A DNA stretch of 38,667 bases from Candidatus Binatia bacterium (GCA_035606645.1 DATNEZ010000104.1:1-38667); one strand, 5' to 3'. Counted from the stretch's first letter, positions 9,265 to 28,342 are shown. Made by a program: numbers and translations. The notes: generated by a model not told the origin, from the sequence alone.

Positions 9265-9906
9265 TCAGGCGGTCCCCGGCCCCAGGATCGCGACGACCGA
9301 ATCGGGGCCGCCGGGCAGCGGGCGGGTGTCGATGAGGCTCAGTCCCGCCACGGGACGGCGCTTCAGGGCCTCGGCGTCTGCCGCCGACAGGAAGAAGAGC
9401 CCCTTCCCTCCGGGCTCGAGGATCGGGATCGGCCTCCCTTTCAGAACGCTCCTCGCCTGGATGGCCCTGAGGGTCAGGTACCGGCAGGGGAAGAGGTCGG
9501 CCAGGTCGGCCGTTTCGCGGACATGCCGGGTCTCGACCCGGGCCGTCTGCAGGCGAAGCTCCCGGAGTACGGCCCACAGGAACGACGACTTCTTCTCGGA
9601 GGCCTCGACCAGGACGAGATCGAGCCGGGGCCTCAGCACTTTCAGAGGGATCGCCGGGAAGCCGTTCCCCGATCCAAGGTCGACCAGCCTCCCGTCCTCG
9701 CCGACCAGGTCGCTGGCGGCGATCGGCTCCAGGAAGTGCCGGCGGACGATCGAATCCAGGTCCTTGATGCCGGTCAGGTTCATCCGGCTGCTCCATTCCT
9801 GCAGAAGCCGGTAATGGACGGCGAGGGCCTCGACCTCCCAGTCGGACAGGGAGCGCCCGATCGACTGCACGCCGGCGAGGAGCCGCTCGCGAAAAGCGGA
9901 TACCAT
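9265..9906 (-). CDS. rsmG: 16S rRNA (guanine527-N7)-methyltransferase RsmG (GidB)
   Basis: 213 aa with the SAM-binding motif VDLGSGNGFPAIPL and an N-terminal sequence typical of GidB (LL..W....NLT). Confidence 0.9.
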   Translation of the reverse strand: MVSAFRERLLAGVQSIGRSLSDWEVEALAVHYRLLQEWSSRMNLTGIKDLDSIVRRHFLEPIAASDLVGEDGRLVDLGSGNGFPAIPLKVLRPRLDLVLVEASEKKSSFLWAVLRELRLQTARVETRHVRETADLADLFPCRYLTLRAIQARSVLKGRPIPILEPGGKGLFFLSAADAEALKRRPVAGLSLIDTRPLPGGPDSVVAILGPGTA

Positions 9907-9942
9907 AGAGGGCGTACGTTAGCATGACGGGGGAGGGGGATC

Positions 9943-10843
9943 GTGAAGCGGAAAAGACGGCTCCTGCTCGTGCTCGCGGTGACGGCGGGCGTCGCCTTGG
10001 CGGGGACCTCGATCCCGGGAGCCCCGGCAGGACCGCCGCCGGCCCGCACGCCGACTCCGGCCAGGACTCCGCCGGCCGTTCCGACTCCATCGCCGGCCCC
10101 CTCGCCGGGGGAAACCCCCGCGACCTACGATCTCGACGCGCTGCTCAAGAGGCTGGGGGAGAGGGCGCACGCCTACGAGACGGTCGCGCTCCGCTTCGTC
10201 TGCATCGAGACCCTGAGAACATCCGACGAACCGAAAGACGAGAGACGCTTCGACTACATGTACGTCGAGGCCCAGGAGCAGAGGTACAGGCCGTTCCGCC
10301 AGGCGCACACCGGCCGGCTCGGAAAGACGGTCCCCGAGACGAGCCTCAATTTCGCATTCCCCGATGCGTTCTCCTGGACGCTGATGTTCGCCCCCGACCG
10401 GCAGAAGCTGTTCCGCTTCCGCGCCGCCGGGGAGGAGTGGTTCTCGCTCCGACAGGCGTACATCCTCGAGTTCACCGCCCCCATTCCGTTCACCACCGGC
10501 ACGACCATCTACCAGTGGAGCGGAAAGATCTGGGTGGACGTGGAGAACGTCAACATCCTCAAGGTCGAGGCGGAACCGGGGAACCAGACCGAGCGCCTCA
10601 AGACGCAGCTCAAGGAGTACCGCCAGGCCCCCAGGTTCCTGGTCTTTCCGATGGGGAAGAAGCCCCAGGGAAATAGCTATAACATCACTTTTCTCAATGA
10701 GTTGCACACGCTTTCACTCCCCGACCAGCTGGAGTTCAGGACCTTCAGCCTGGACCTGGAGGGTCAGGAGGAGTGGGAGAGCATGGTCGTCCTGCGATAC
10801 AGCGGCTACCAGTTCTTCGGGGTGGACGTGAAGGACCTGTTCC

Positions 10844-10851
<8 letters not shown>
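9943..10851 (+). CDS. Secreted hypothetical protein (signal peptide, Pro/Thr/Ala-rich linker, about 240-aa beta-rich domain)
   Basis: 302-aa ORF with normal composition. The start is GTG, preceded by GGGAGGGGGA. The N-terminus MKRKRRLLLVLAVTAGVALAG looks like a Sec signal peptide. I recognise no family by eye. The 3' end overlaps the mnmG stop by 8 nt (convergent). Confidence 0.7.
10680..10703 (+). repeat. AT-rich 24-nt element, copy B (TAACATCACTTTTCTCAATGAGTT)
   Basis: 21/24 identical to 7773-7796 in the same orientation. It lies inside the secreted hypothetical CDS, read on the plus strand as YNITFLNEL. Confidence 0.7.
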
Positions 10852-12771
<1,920 letters not shown>

Positions 12772-12775
<4 letters not shown>

Positions 12776-14262
12776 TTGCCGATGCAGAAATTCCGGAAGA
12801 TGCGCTCGTAGATCCCGTCGATCCCGACCTCTCCCGTGATCTCCCCCAGCCGGTCGAGGGCCTCGCGGTAGTCCGGGATCAGGTACTCGTCCGGCACGCC
12901 CCGCCCCGTCCCCTCCGAGGCGCGCGCCATCGCCCCGGCCGCCTTCATCAGGAGATCGCGATGGCGGACGTTGGTGATGAACGTGTCCTCGCGCGACGCC
13001 GAGGTCCCCGATGAGACCGCCTCCTCGAGCGCCCGCCGCAGCGCGTCGATCCCGGCCCCGGTCCTGGCGGAGACCTCGAGCGCCCCGTGGCTCTGCTTCA
13101 GGCGCAGCGCCTCGTCCAGGCCGAGGCCCGAGTCCAGGTCGATCTTGTTGATCGCCACGAGGGCGCGGCTCCTGTCGAGCCCGGCCAGGAGCGCCCGCTC
13201 CTCGTCCAGAAGCGGGCGCGACCCGTCGAGGACGAGGACCAGGACGTCCGCCGTCGCGATCGCCCCGCGCGCCCGGCGCACCGCCTCGGCCCCCGCCTCG
13301 TCCGTCGGATCGTGCAGCCCCGCCGTGTCGCGGAGCGCGACGGGAATGCCCCGGAGATCGAGCGCCTCCTCAAGGATGTCCCGCGTCGTGCCGGCCACGG
13401 GGGTGACGATGGCCCGTTCCTCCTCCAGAAGACGGTTGAACAGGCTCGACTTTCCCGCATTGGGCGATCCGACGATCGCGACCGTTGCGCCGTCCCGCAC
13501 GCGCCGGCCGCGCTCGAAGGTCCCGGCCAGGCGCTCGATGGCGCCCCGTATCGACTCGAGCTCCGGACGAAGGCCGCCCTGCGGAAGGAAGCGTTCCGCT
13601 TCGGACTCCTCGGAGAACTCGATCGACGCCTCGAGCCGGGCGACGGCGTCCGCCAGTCGGTCCTTCAGCCGGTTCACCTCGGCGGAGATCCGCCCCTGGA
13701 CCTGGTCGTGCGCCACCTTCGCCTGGAAGGCGGTGCGCGCCTCGATCAGGTCGCGGATCGCCTCCGCCTGCGTCACGTCCATGCGCCCGTTCAGGAAAGC
13801 CCGCAGCGAGAACTCTCCGGGCGTCGCCGGCCGCGCCCCCAGGGCGACCGCCGCCTGGAGCAGGAGACGCAGCGCCGCGGGACTGCCGTGCGCCCACAGC
13901 TCGGCCGTCGGCTCGCCGGTGAACGTGCCGGGCGGAGGAAAGGCCGCGAGATATCCGTGGTCGATCGTCTCCCCCGCCTGGTCCACGAAACGGCCGAAGG
14001 CAATCCGCGCCTCCGCCGCGAACTTCCCGGAAGGACGGAACAGGCCGTTGGCGATGGCGATGGCGCGCGGGCCGGACAGGCGGACGACGCCGATCCCGCC
14101 GCGGCCGGGGGGCGTGGAGACGGCGACGATCGTCTCGGTGGCGGGCGCCGGGCCGGTTTCGGTGACGCCGTGCCCGGGACTCAGGGGACGAGGCTCCTGC
14201 ATGGGGGACGATCCTGGCGCCTTCGGCGCCGGACGGCGGCGATCGGAAGGGTGTCCGGGCAC
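12772..14262 (-). CDS. mnmE: tRNA modification GTPase MnmE (TrmE)
   Basis: G-domain motifs GSPNAGKSSL and DTAG, an N-terminal AVSTPPGRGGIGVVRLSG, and the C-terminal CIGK. The GTG start at 14262 is preceded by GGAGG 8 nt upstream. There is a low-complexity N-terminal extension of about 40 aa. Confidence 0.92.
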
Positions 14263-14274
14263 GCGAACGGCCTC

Positions 14275-14811
14275 CTAGCGGCCGTCCGGCTCCCCGTCCT
14301 GTCCGGATTTTCCGGCCGGCATGATGGCGATCTGCTTCAGGAAACCGTCGCCGACGCTGCGCGTCTCGACCCCGCCGATCTCGGACAGGGCGATGTGCAC
14401 CAGCCTCCGCTCGTAGGGATTGAGCGGGCTCAGCAGGCATTCCTGGCCGCCGGCCTTCACTTTTTCCGCCGAGCGCACCGCGATCTCCACGATCTCGTCC
14501 TCGCGCATCTTGCGGAACCCGCCGCAGTCGACCTGGATCTTGCGCCCCTTCCGGCCGCGGTAGATGATCCGGTTCAGGAGGTACTGCAGCGCGGCGAGCC
14601 CTTCCCCCTTGCGGTTCAGGAGGTGCTCTCCGTCCGGCCCGGTCAGGTCCACCTGGATCGCCTCCGCCCCGTCGCCCGCCGTCGCCTTGATGTCCAGGCC
14701 GAGGCCTTGCAGGATGCGCTCCGCCAGGCGCACGACGTCGGCCGGATCGGCGGCCGGCGCCTCGGCTTCCCCGTCCGCCCCGCCGTCCCGCTCGTGACGC
14801 ATCCGGTTCAT
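14275..14811 (-). CDS. khpB: RNA-binding protein Jag/KhpB (KH plus R3H domains)
   Basis: R3H motif (NPYERRLVHIAL) with a KH-like core, in the conserved position downstream of yidC. An alternative start is the ATG at 14802, which has better SD spacing. Confidence 0.8.
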   Translation of the reverse strand: MNRMRHERDGGADGEAEAPAADPADVVRLAERILQGLGLDIKATAGDGAEAIQVDLTGPDGEHLLNRKGEGLAALQYLLNRIIYRGRKGRKIQVDCGGFRKMREDEIVEIAVRSAEKVKAGGQECLLSPLNPYERRLVHIALSEIGGVETRSVGDGFLKQIAIMPAGKSGQDGEPDGR

Positions 14812-14854
14812 CTCCGCACGGCCCCAACAACGAAGAACGCGTGGCGGGCCGTGG

Positions 14855-16624
14855 TCACTCCGGCTTCTTCTCGGAGGCCGCCGCCTGCTTGTTGATCAGG
14901 TACTGCTGTCCGATTCCCAGGAGGTTGTTCACCAGCCAGTATAGCACCAGCCCCGAGGGGAACTGGAGGAAGATCCAGGTGAACATGATCGGCATGAGGT
15001 ACATGACGCGGCGCTGCGCCGGGTCCGGGATCGAGGACGACGTCATGGCCTGCTGGATGAGCTGCGTGCCGCCCATGATGATGGGGGTGACGAAGTACGG
15101 GTCCTTGCTGGACAGGTCGCGGATCCACAGCATGAACGGCGCCCGCCGCAGCTCGATCGCGATCGACAGGATGGTGTAGAAGCCGTACAGGATCGGGATT
15201 TGAAGGAGAATGGGCAGGCAGCCGGACATCGAGCCGAGGGGATTGATGTCCTCCTCCTTGTAGAGGCGCATCATCTCCTCGTTCATCTCGCGGCGCAGCT
15301 TCTGCCGCGCCCCCGCGTGCCCCTTCTCGACCTCCTTCTTCTCCAGCCTGTGGTAGCGCTCGCGCAGCGCCTTCACCTTCGGCTGGACGCGCTTCATCTT
15401 GTCCTGCATGACGCGCATCTTGATCTGGCCCTTGTACATGATCGGGAAGAACAGCAGCCGGATGACCACCGTCAGGATGACGATCGACCAGCCGTAGTTT
15501 CCCACGTACCCGTGCAGGAACTTCATCGCGTAGAAGAGGGGCAGCGCGATGACGCTGAAGAAGCCGAAGTTGAGAATCTTCTCCAGGCCGATCCCGAGCC
15601 CCTTGAGGATGTCGTAGTCCTTCGGCCCGGCGAACAGCCGGACCTTCGAGACCCCCGGGAGGCCGAGCGCCATGGAAAGATGGAATTGCTCCCGACCTTC
15701 CTCGACAAGACGCAGGAGCTCGAACCGCGCCCGGCCGGGCGCCGGCGCCTCGGGAACGAACAGCGCCGCAAAATACTTGTCCTCGACGCCCGCCCAGGCC
15801 ACCGGGCCCTCCTCGAGCCACGGCGCGCCCGGCTTGAGGCCGCTCTGCGTCTTCCTCTGGACGCCGCGATCCGAGAGGTCGAGAACGCCCAGCGTCGTGT
15901 CGGCGTACCGCCCGGTCTCCTGGCCGTTGTGCCCCACGAAGCCGGCCCCCCACACGAGCGTCGGGGTCACGGGCCTGCCGCCCGCCTCCGCCGCGAACTG
16001 CAGCTCGGCGAGGTAGGAATCGTGCGGCACGCGCAGCGTCTTGGTCGCGGCGAGCCCCGCGCCGTCGCTGTAGGCGAACGTCACCTCGGTGAACGCGCCG
16101 TCCCCTTCCCCGCCCTTCGCGCGGGTGACGCGGTAGAGCCCCTCCTTCAGCGCCCGGGTCGACTCCGGGTCGTCGAGAAGGAACTGCAGCGGGAGATGGT
16201 CCAGGGATCGGCCGGCGTGCGAGACCAGGTTGAGCGGGTGTCCGGCATCGTCCAGGTAGTTCTTCAGGCTCCACGACGTCACGCGGGCCCCGCGGTTCGT
16301 CATGCGGATCGACAGGAGCGAGGTTTCGATGGCGACCTCTTCCTCGCGGGCCCCTTCGACCCTGGCCCCCGCCGGGACGTCCGGCAGCGGGGCCGTCTCC
16401 TTCGCGGCGCCGCCCAGCCCCGACAGGCTGGGGCGTGAGACGGTCGCTTCGGAAGCGGCGCCCGGCGTGTCCGCGGCTCCCGGCGCGGAAGGCGACGGCG
16501 CGGCCTCCTGGCCCGGCGACGAGGGAGCGGGCGGCTTCGTCGGGGGCTGCGGCGGGAAGAGAATCCACCAGACGATCAGGAATCCCGCCGAGAGGACGAC
16601 GAACAGGACAGTCTTCTTGTCCAT
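14855..16624 (-). CDS. yidC: Membrane protein insertase YidC
   Basis: 589 aa with an N-terminal TM helix, a large periplasmic domain and the conserved C-terminal 60-kDa insertase core (PILLQIPILYGFY, FLQFPSGLVLYWLVNN). Confidence 0.95.
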   Translation of the reverse strand: MDKKTVLFVVLSAGFLIVWWILFPPQPPTKPPAPSSPGQEAAPSPSAPGAADTPGAASEATVSRPSLSGLGGAAKETAPLPDVPAGARVEGAREEEVAIETSLLSIRMTNRGARVTSWSLKNYLDDAGHPLNLVSHAGRSLDHLPLQFLLDDPESTRALKEGLYRVTRAKGGEGDGAFTEVTFAYSDGAGLAATKTLRVPHDSYLAELQFAAEAGGRPVTPTLVWGAGFVGHNGQETGRYADTTLGVLDLSDRGVQRKTQSGLKPGAPWLEEGPVAWAGVEDKYFAALFVPEAPAPGRARFELLRLVEEGREQFHLSMALGLPGVSKVRLFAGPKDYDILKGLGIGLEKILNFGFFSVIALPLFYAMKFLHGYVGNYGWSIVILTVVIRLLFFPIMYKGQIKMRVMQDKMKRVQPKVKALRERYHRLEKKEVEKGHAGARQKLRREMNEEMMRLYKEEDINPLGSMSGCLPILLQIPILYGFYTILSIAIELRRAPFMLWIRDLSSKDPYFVTPIIMGGTQLIQQAMTSSSIPDPAQRRVMYLMPIMFTWIFLQFPSGLVLYWLVNNLLGIGQQYLINKQAAASEKKPE

Positions 16625-16851
16625 CAGCGCACGGGATCGAGGCCGCCCCGGGACAGCGGGTTGCAGCGCAGCAGCCGCCAGCCGGCCAGGAGGGCGCCCC
16701 GCGCGAGGCCGTGGCGCTCGATGGCGAGGGCCCCGTACTCGGCGCAGCTCGGCATGAAGCGGCAGGCCGGCGGCAGGAGCGGCGACACGAATCTCCTGTA
16801 CAGGCGGATGAGAGCCAGGAACGGCGCGGCGGCCGCGCGTGCGGGAGTCAC
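16624..16851 (-). CDS. yidD: Membrane protein insertion efficiency factor YidD
   Basis: 75 aa carrying the [10 protein letters not shown] signature. The yidD stop and yidC start overlap as TGATG. Confidence 0.9.
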   Translation of the reverse strand: MTPARAAAAPFLALIRLYRRFVSPLLPPACRFMPSCAEYGALAIERHGLARGALLAGWRLLRCNPLSRGGLDPVR

Positions 16852-17201
16852 TCGGGCTTCCGGGCGAAAGGCCGCAGCCGCGACAGGAGCTCCGTCTCGA
16901 GCCGCGCGTGCCCGGCGCCGGGCAGCGACGCCCGCACGTTCAGAACGATGTCCACGTTGTCGAACTCCCGCTTGTGCCTGCGGAAAATGTCGCGCACCAG
17001 CCGCTTGGCCCGGTTCCGCTTGACCGCGCCGCCGACCCGTCGCGTCGCGGTGATGCCGAGCCGCGGCCGCCCCAGTCCGTTGCGCATCACGAACAGCACG
17101 AAGGATGCCGAAGGTATCCTTCGCCCCTGAGCGTAGATCACCTGGTACTCGCTGCGCTTGCGGATGCGATCCTGGGGACGAAAGCGGGCGTCGCCGGTCA
17201 C
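16848..17201 (-). CDS. rnpA: Ribonuclease P protein component
   Basis: 117 aa with the RNR-type basic motif ([17 protein letters not shown]). The GTG start overlaps the rpmH stop (GTGA). There is a 4-nt overlap with yidD. Confidence 0.9.
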   Translation of the reverse strand: MTGDARFRPQDRIRKRSEYQVIYAQGRRIPSASFVLFVMRNGLGRPRLGITATRRVGGAVKRNRAKRLVRDIFRRHKREFDNVDIVLNVRASLPGAGHARLETELLSRLRPFARKPE

Positions 17202-17332
17202 ACAGTCAGACGCTTGCGACCCTTGGCCCGTCGGCGTTTCAGAACGAGTCGCCCGTTCTTGGTGCTCATCCGGGCCCGGAAGCCATGCGTCTTCCTGCGG
17301 CGGCGGTTGTTCGGCTGAAAGGTGCGCTTCAT
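17198..17332 (-). CDS. rpmH: 50S ribosomal protein L34
   Basis: This gene is not in the ORF track because it is too short. Manual translation gives [44 protein letters not shown] (44 aa). GGAGA lies upstream of the ATG. Confidence 0.95.
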   Translation of the reverse strand: MKRTFQPNNRRRRKTHGFRARMSTKNGRLVLKRRRAKGRKRLTV

Positions 17333-17361
17333 GAGTCTCGTCTCCGTTGCAGGAAGCGCGG

Positions 17362-17391
17362 ATTATGTCTCCGCGGGCGAGCGTCTGTCAA
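17362..17391 (-). promoter_or_regulatory. Candidate sigma70 promoter of the rpmH operon
   Basis: On the minus strand: TTGACA (17391-17386), an 18-nt spacer, then CATAAT (17367-17362). It lies about 30 nt upstream of the rpmH ATG. Confidence 0.6.
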
Positions 17392-17461
17392 GGAACGGAC
17401 CTGAGCGCGACATGGCACGTCGTTTGATGGAAATTTTTTTCGAATGGATGGTGATTGGGTG

Positions 17462-17492
17462 TTGACAGCCTCGCTTGCCGCGATGCTATAGT
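17462..17492 (+). promoter_or_regulatory. Candidate sigma70 promoter directed toward dnaA
   Basis: TTGACA (17462-17467), a 19-nt spacer, then an extended -10 TGcTATAGT (17484-17492). It is divergent from the rpmH promoter and would give a leader of about 370 nt. Confidence 0.5.
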
Positions 17493-17751
17493 CCGCCTCG
17501 CCCAGTACAAGCAAAAAAGTTCAGTCGACGACGTGTTCGAAAATTTTCAGGGACGTTCCCTGGAGGGCGTATGGGTGTCTTCACACGACGAATCAGGCGC
17601 GTGGAGGATCACCGGCGCTCAATACATGCGGACGCGGTGTGCGGCCGCCCCATATCTGGTGGGAGGGGGAAACGGTTGACATAAGATCGCGGCCCGCATC
17701 GGCTTCGTGTCGGGCAAGTGTCGTTCTGTCATCGACTTCGAAACGGAAAGA

Positions 17752-17773
17752 CTTTTCCACATCTGTGGAAAAG
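17752..17773. promoter_or_regulatory. Palindromic pair of DnaA-box-like sites upstream of dnaA
   Basis: The sequence is CTTTTCCACA-TC-TGTGGAAAAG. TTTTCCACA (17753-17761) and TGTGGAAAA (17764-17772) each match TTATCCACA at 8/9. The pair lies about 100 nt upstream of the dnaA ATG. Confidence 0.6.
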
Positions 17774-17870
17774 TTGTTGAAATGATGAGCGTCGAAACCG
17801 TGCGATTGGCAACCAGCAAGGCCTTCCGGCAGATCGACGATTTCAAACCCTCCCCAATGGCCGAGCGCGC

Positions 17871-19265
<1,395 letters not shown>

Positions 19266-19266
19266 G

Positions 19267-19432
19267 CCGTCCACAGGGTCCTGTGGATTCCCGCCGCGGT
19301 GCCTGTGGACGGCCGGCGCGCGCGCGGCGATCCACAGACGCGCTCGTGACGACCCACAGGTTTCTCCACCGCACCGCCTCGTCCGGGACCCGCGCCGGGC
19401 TGGGGCGAGCGGCGTTTTGCGCGCCGTCCACA
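19267..19432. promoter_or_regulatory. oriC: DnaA-box cluster in the dnaA-dnaN spacer (candidate oriC core)
   Basis: Six (T/C)CCACA-type 9-mers are present:
- CCGTCCACA at 19267-19275
- TGTGGATTC at 19282-19290
- TGTGGACGG at 19304-19312
- CGATCCACA at 19328-19336
- CGACCCACA at 19350-19358
- CCGTCCACA at 19424-19432
A comparatively AT-rich stretch follows at 19441-19490. Confidence 0.6.
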
Positions 19433-19512
19433 TCCCCTGCTAGTGCTACAATCCCTTACGATCTCATACGAAGAGATAAGAGAGAGGGCCGATCTCAGCC
19501 GTTGGAGGATCC

Positions 19513-20619
19513 ATGGATTTCGTGACGACCAAGGACAACCTGCTCAAGGAGCTCGAGCTGATGCAGGGGATCGTGGAGAAGAAGACGACCATCCCGATCC
19601 TCTCGAACATCGTCATCGACGCCAGGAAGGAGGGCCTCGAGTTCCGGGCCACCGACCTGGAGGTGGGGATCAGGACGGAGTGCGAGGCGAAGGTCGCGAA
19701 GCCCGGATCGATCGCCCTGTCCGCGAAGCGGCTGTTCGACATCGTCCGCTACCTGCCCGACGCGGACGTCCGGGTGAAATCCGACGACGGGAACGCCGCC
19801 CAGATCACCTGCCAGAAGGCGCGCTTCCGGATCATGGGCCTGTCGCCCGACGACTTCCCCACCATCCCGGAGTTCGATTTCGCGAAGGGGATTCCGATCG
19901 AGAGGTCGCTCCTCACCGACCTGATCGCGAAGGTCATCTTCGCCATCACCACCGACGAGACCCGCTATCAGATCAACGGCACGCTGATGATCCTGAACAA
20001 GCGGAACCTGACCCTGGTGGCGACGGACGGCCACCGCCTGGCGTACGTGAGCGGGCGGCTCGAGAAGGGGGCCTCCGAGGAGCGGATCGAGGTCATCGTG
20101 CCCCGCAAGGCGTTCCAGGAAGTCACGCGGATCGGCTCGGGCGACGACGATATTCTCTTCGGCCACAAGGACAACCACGTGTTCTTCAAGGCCGGGAAAA
20201 CGGTGCTGAGCTCGACGATCGTCGCCGGGAAGTTCCCGGAGTACGAGAAGGTCATACCGGAAGGGAACGACCGGCTGCTCAAGATGGAGAGCACGGCGTT
20301 CGCCGAGGTCGTGCGCCGCGTGGCGCTCCTCTCGAGCGAGCGCTCGAGGGCGGTCAAGATCGGGCTGTCCAAGGGGAGCGTCGAAATCTCCTCGAATAAC
20401 CCCGAGGTCGGCGAGGCGGCCGAGACCGTGGATGTCGACTACGCGGGCAGCCCGCTCGAGGTCGGATTCAACGCCAAATACCTCCTCGATTTCTTCCAGG
20501 CGATGGGTCCAGGACCGGTGATCCTGGCGCTCAAGGACGAGGCGACCCAGGGTCTTTTGAGGCCGGTCGGGCAGGAGGGGAGAGATTATCGGTACGTCGT
20601 CATGCCGATGCGGATTTGA
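19513..20619 (+). CDS. dnaN: DNA polymerase III subunit beta (sliding clamp)
   Basis: 368 aa with beta-clamp sequence throughout (ILSNIVIDA..., ATDGHRLA, PVVMPMRI-type C-terminus). GGAGGA lies upstream of the ATG. Confidence 0.96.
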   Translation: MDFVTTKDNLLKELELMQGIVEKKTTIPILSNIVIDARKEGLEFRATDLEVGIRTECEAKVAKPGSIALSAKRLFDIVRYLPDADVRVKSDDGNAAQITCQKARFRIMGLSPDDFPTIPEFDFAKGIPIERSLLTDLIAKVIFAITTDETRYQINGTLMILNKRNLTLVATDGHRLAYVSGRLEKGASEERIEVIVPRKAFQEVTRIGSGDDDILFGHKDNHVFFKAGKTVLSSTIVAGKFPEYEKVIPEGNDRLLKMESTAFAEVVRRVALLSSERSRAVKIGLSKGSVEISSNNPEVGEAAETVDVDYAGSPLEVGFNAKYLLDFFQAMGPGPVILALKDEATQGLLRPVGQEGRDYRYVVMPMRI

Positions 20620-20622
20620 ATA

Positions 20623-20668
20623 GTCAGTCAACCACGTAAGTCTATTAAAAATAGCCACTTGTACTGAC
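20623..20668 (+). other. AT-rich imperfect hairpin just after the dnaN stop
   Basis: GTCAGT pairs with ACTGAC on the outside. AAGT-CTATT pairs with AATAG-(cc)-ACTT on the inside, around an AAA loop. No T-run follows, so a terminator function is uncertain. Confidence 0.3.
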
Positions 20669-20736
20669 CGCACGAAAGAACGCCCCGTATCATCTATATA
20701 GGCGTCCGTTCCGGGCGCAATTCCCGCCCCCACGCG

Positions 20737-20766
20737 TTGCGATTGGCTCCGGCGGTGTGATAAAAT
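20737..20766 (+). promoter_or_regulatory. Candidate sigma70 promoter of gyrB
   Basis: TTGCGA (20737-20742), an 18-nt spacer, then an extended -10 TGaTAAAAT (20758-20766). It lies about 170 nt upstream of the gyrB start. Confidence 0.55.
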
Positions 20767-20780
20767 CGCGCCCTGGTTGA

Positions 20781-23381
<2,601 letters not shown>

Positions 23382-23386
23382 GAACG

Positions 23387-25929
<2,543 letters not shown>

Positions 25930-25933
<4 letters not shown>

Positions 25934-26595
25934 AGATCTTTCTGGACACGGCGAACATCGACGAGATCCGCGAGGCGTACTCGTGGGGCATCCTGGACGG
26001 GGTCACCACCAACCCCTCGCTGGTGGCGAGGGAGGGGAAGGACTTCCTGGACGTGGTGCGGCAGATCTGCGCCATCGTCCCGGGGCCGGTCAGCGCCGAG
26101 GTGGTCTCCACGACCTCGGACGAGATGATCCGCGAGGGGCGCGAGATCATGCGCAAGGTCGGCGCCCCGAACGTGGTGATCAAGATCCCGATGATCCGCG
26201 AGGGGCTGCGGGCGATCAAGGCGCTCTCGTCCGAGGGGCTGCGGGTCAACGTGACGCTCATCTTCTCGGCCCCGCAGGCGCTCCTGGCGGCCAAGGCCGG
26301 GGCGGCCTACGTCAGCCCGTTCATCGGGCGGCTGGACGACATCAGCCACGTCGGCATGGACATCGTCAAGGACATCCGGGCCATCTTCGACAATTACGAT
26401 TTCCCGTGCGAGATCCTGGCGGCCAGCATCCGCAACCCCCTGCACGTGGTGGACGCCGCCAAGTTCGGCGCCGACGTCGCCACCATGCCGTTCAGTGTCC
26501 TCGACGCGATCATCAAGCACCCCCTGACCGACATCGGCCTGCAGAAATTCCTGAAGGACTGGGAAAAGCTGCCGCAGCAGATGCGGAAAGGGTGA
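25930..26595 (+). CDS. tal: Short-type transaldolase / fructose-6-phosphate aldolase family protein
   Basis: 221 aa with [19 protein letters not shown] and a Schiff-base Lys context (VVIKIPM). The ATG overlaps the gyrA stop (ATGA), and GGAGG lies upstream. Confidence 0.88.
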
Positions 26596-26596
26596 C

Positions 26597-28144
<1,548 letters not shown>

Positions 28145-28342
28145 GTGCGCCCCGAAGCCGCCGCGCGCGGGCGTGGCGGCGAGAGGGCGGAGGCCAGGCT
28201 CGCCATGGTCCATAGATCGAAAGACAGCAGGACACCGCCCCGGTCGGGGGCGCCGCGCGCCCGCAAGGCGCCGGCCCGATCGCGCCGGAGCGCGGCCCCG
28301 GGGGCAGGGCCGGGGCGGCCGGCGGCCACGGAGGTCCGGCCG

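Noticed and set aside
17571-17684. 37-aa ORF (MGVFTRRIRRVEDHRRSIHADAVCGRPISGGRGKRLT) in the dnaA leader, with GGAGG 4-5 nt upstream.
   Set aside because: There is no homology I recognise. It uses rare codons for this genome (ATA, TCA, ACA, TTG), the SD spacing is short, and the composition is highly basic. It would need ribosome profiling or conservation to be believed.
19433-19490. DnaA-trio repeats downstream of the last DnaA box.
   Set aside because: The layout (box, short GC run, AT-richer stretch) is suggestive. However, the triplets (TAG TGC TAC AAT CCC ...) do not show a consistent trio periodicity, so only the box cluster is reported.
28145-28342. 66-aa N-terminal extension of accC, or a separate feature in the 198-bp pccB-accC gap.
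   Set aside because: The extension is Arg/Ala/Pro/Gly-rich. A canonical MRRVLIANRGEIA start with GGAGG is present at 28343. I could not see a specific structure or motif in the GC-rich gap, so no feature is called.
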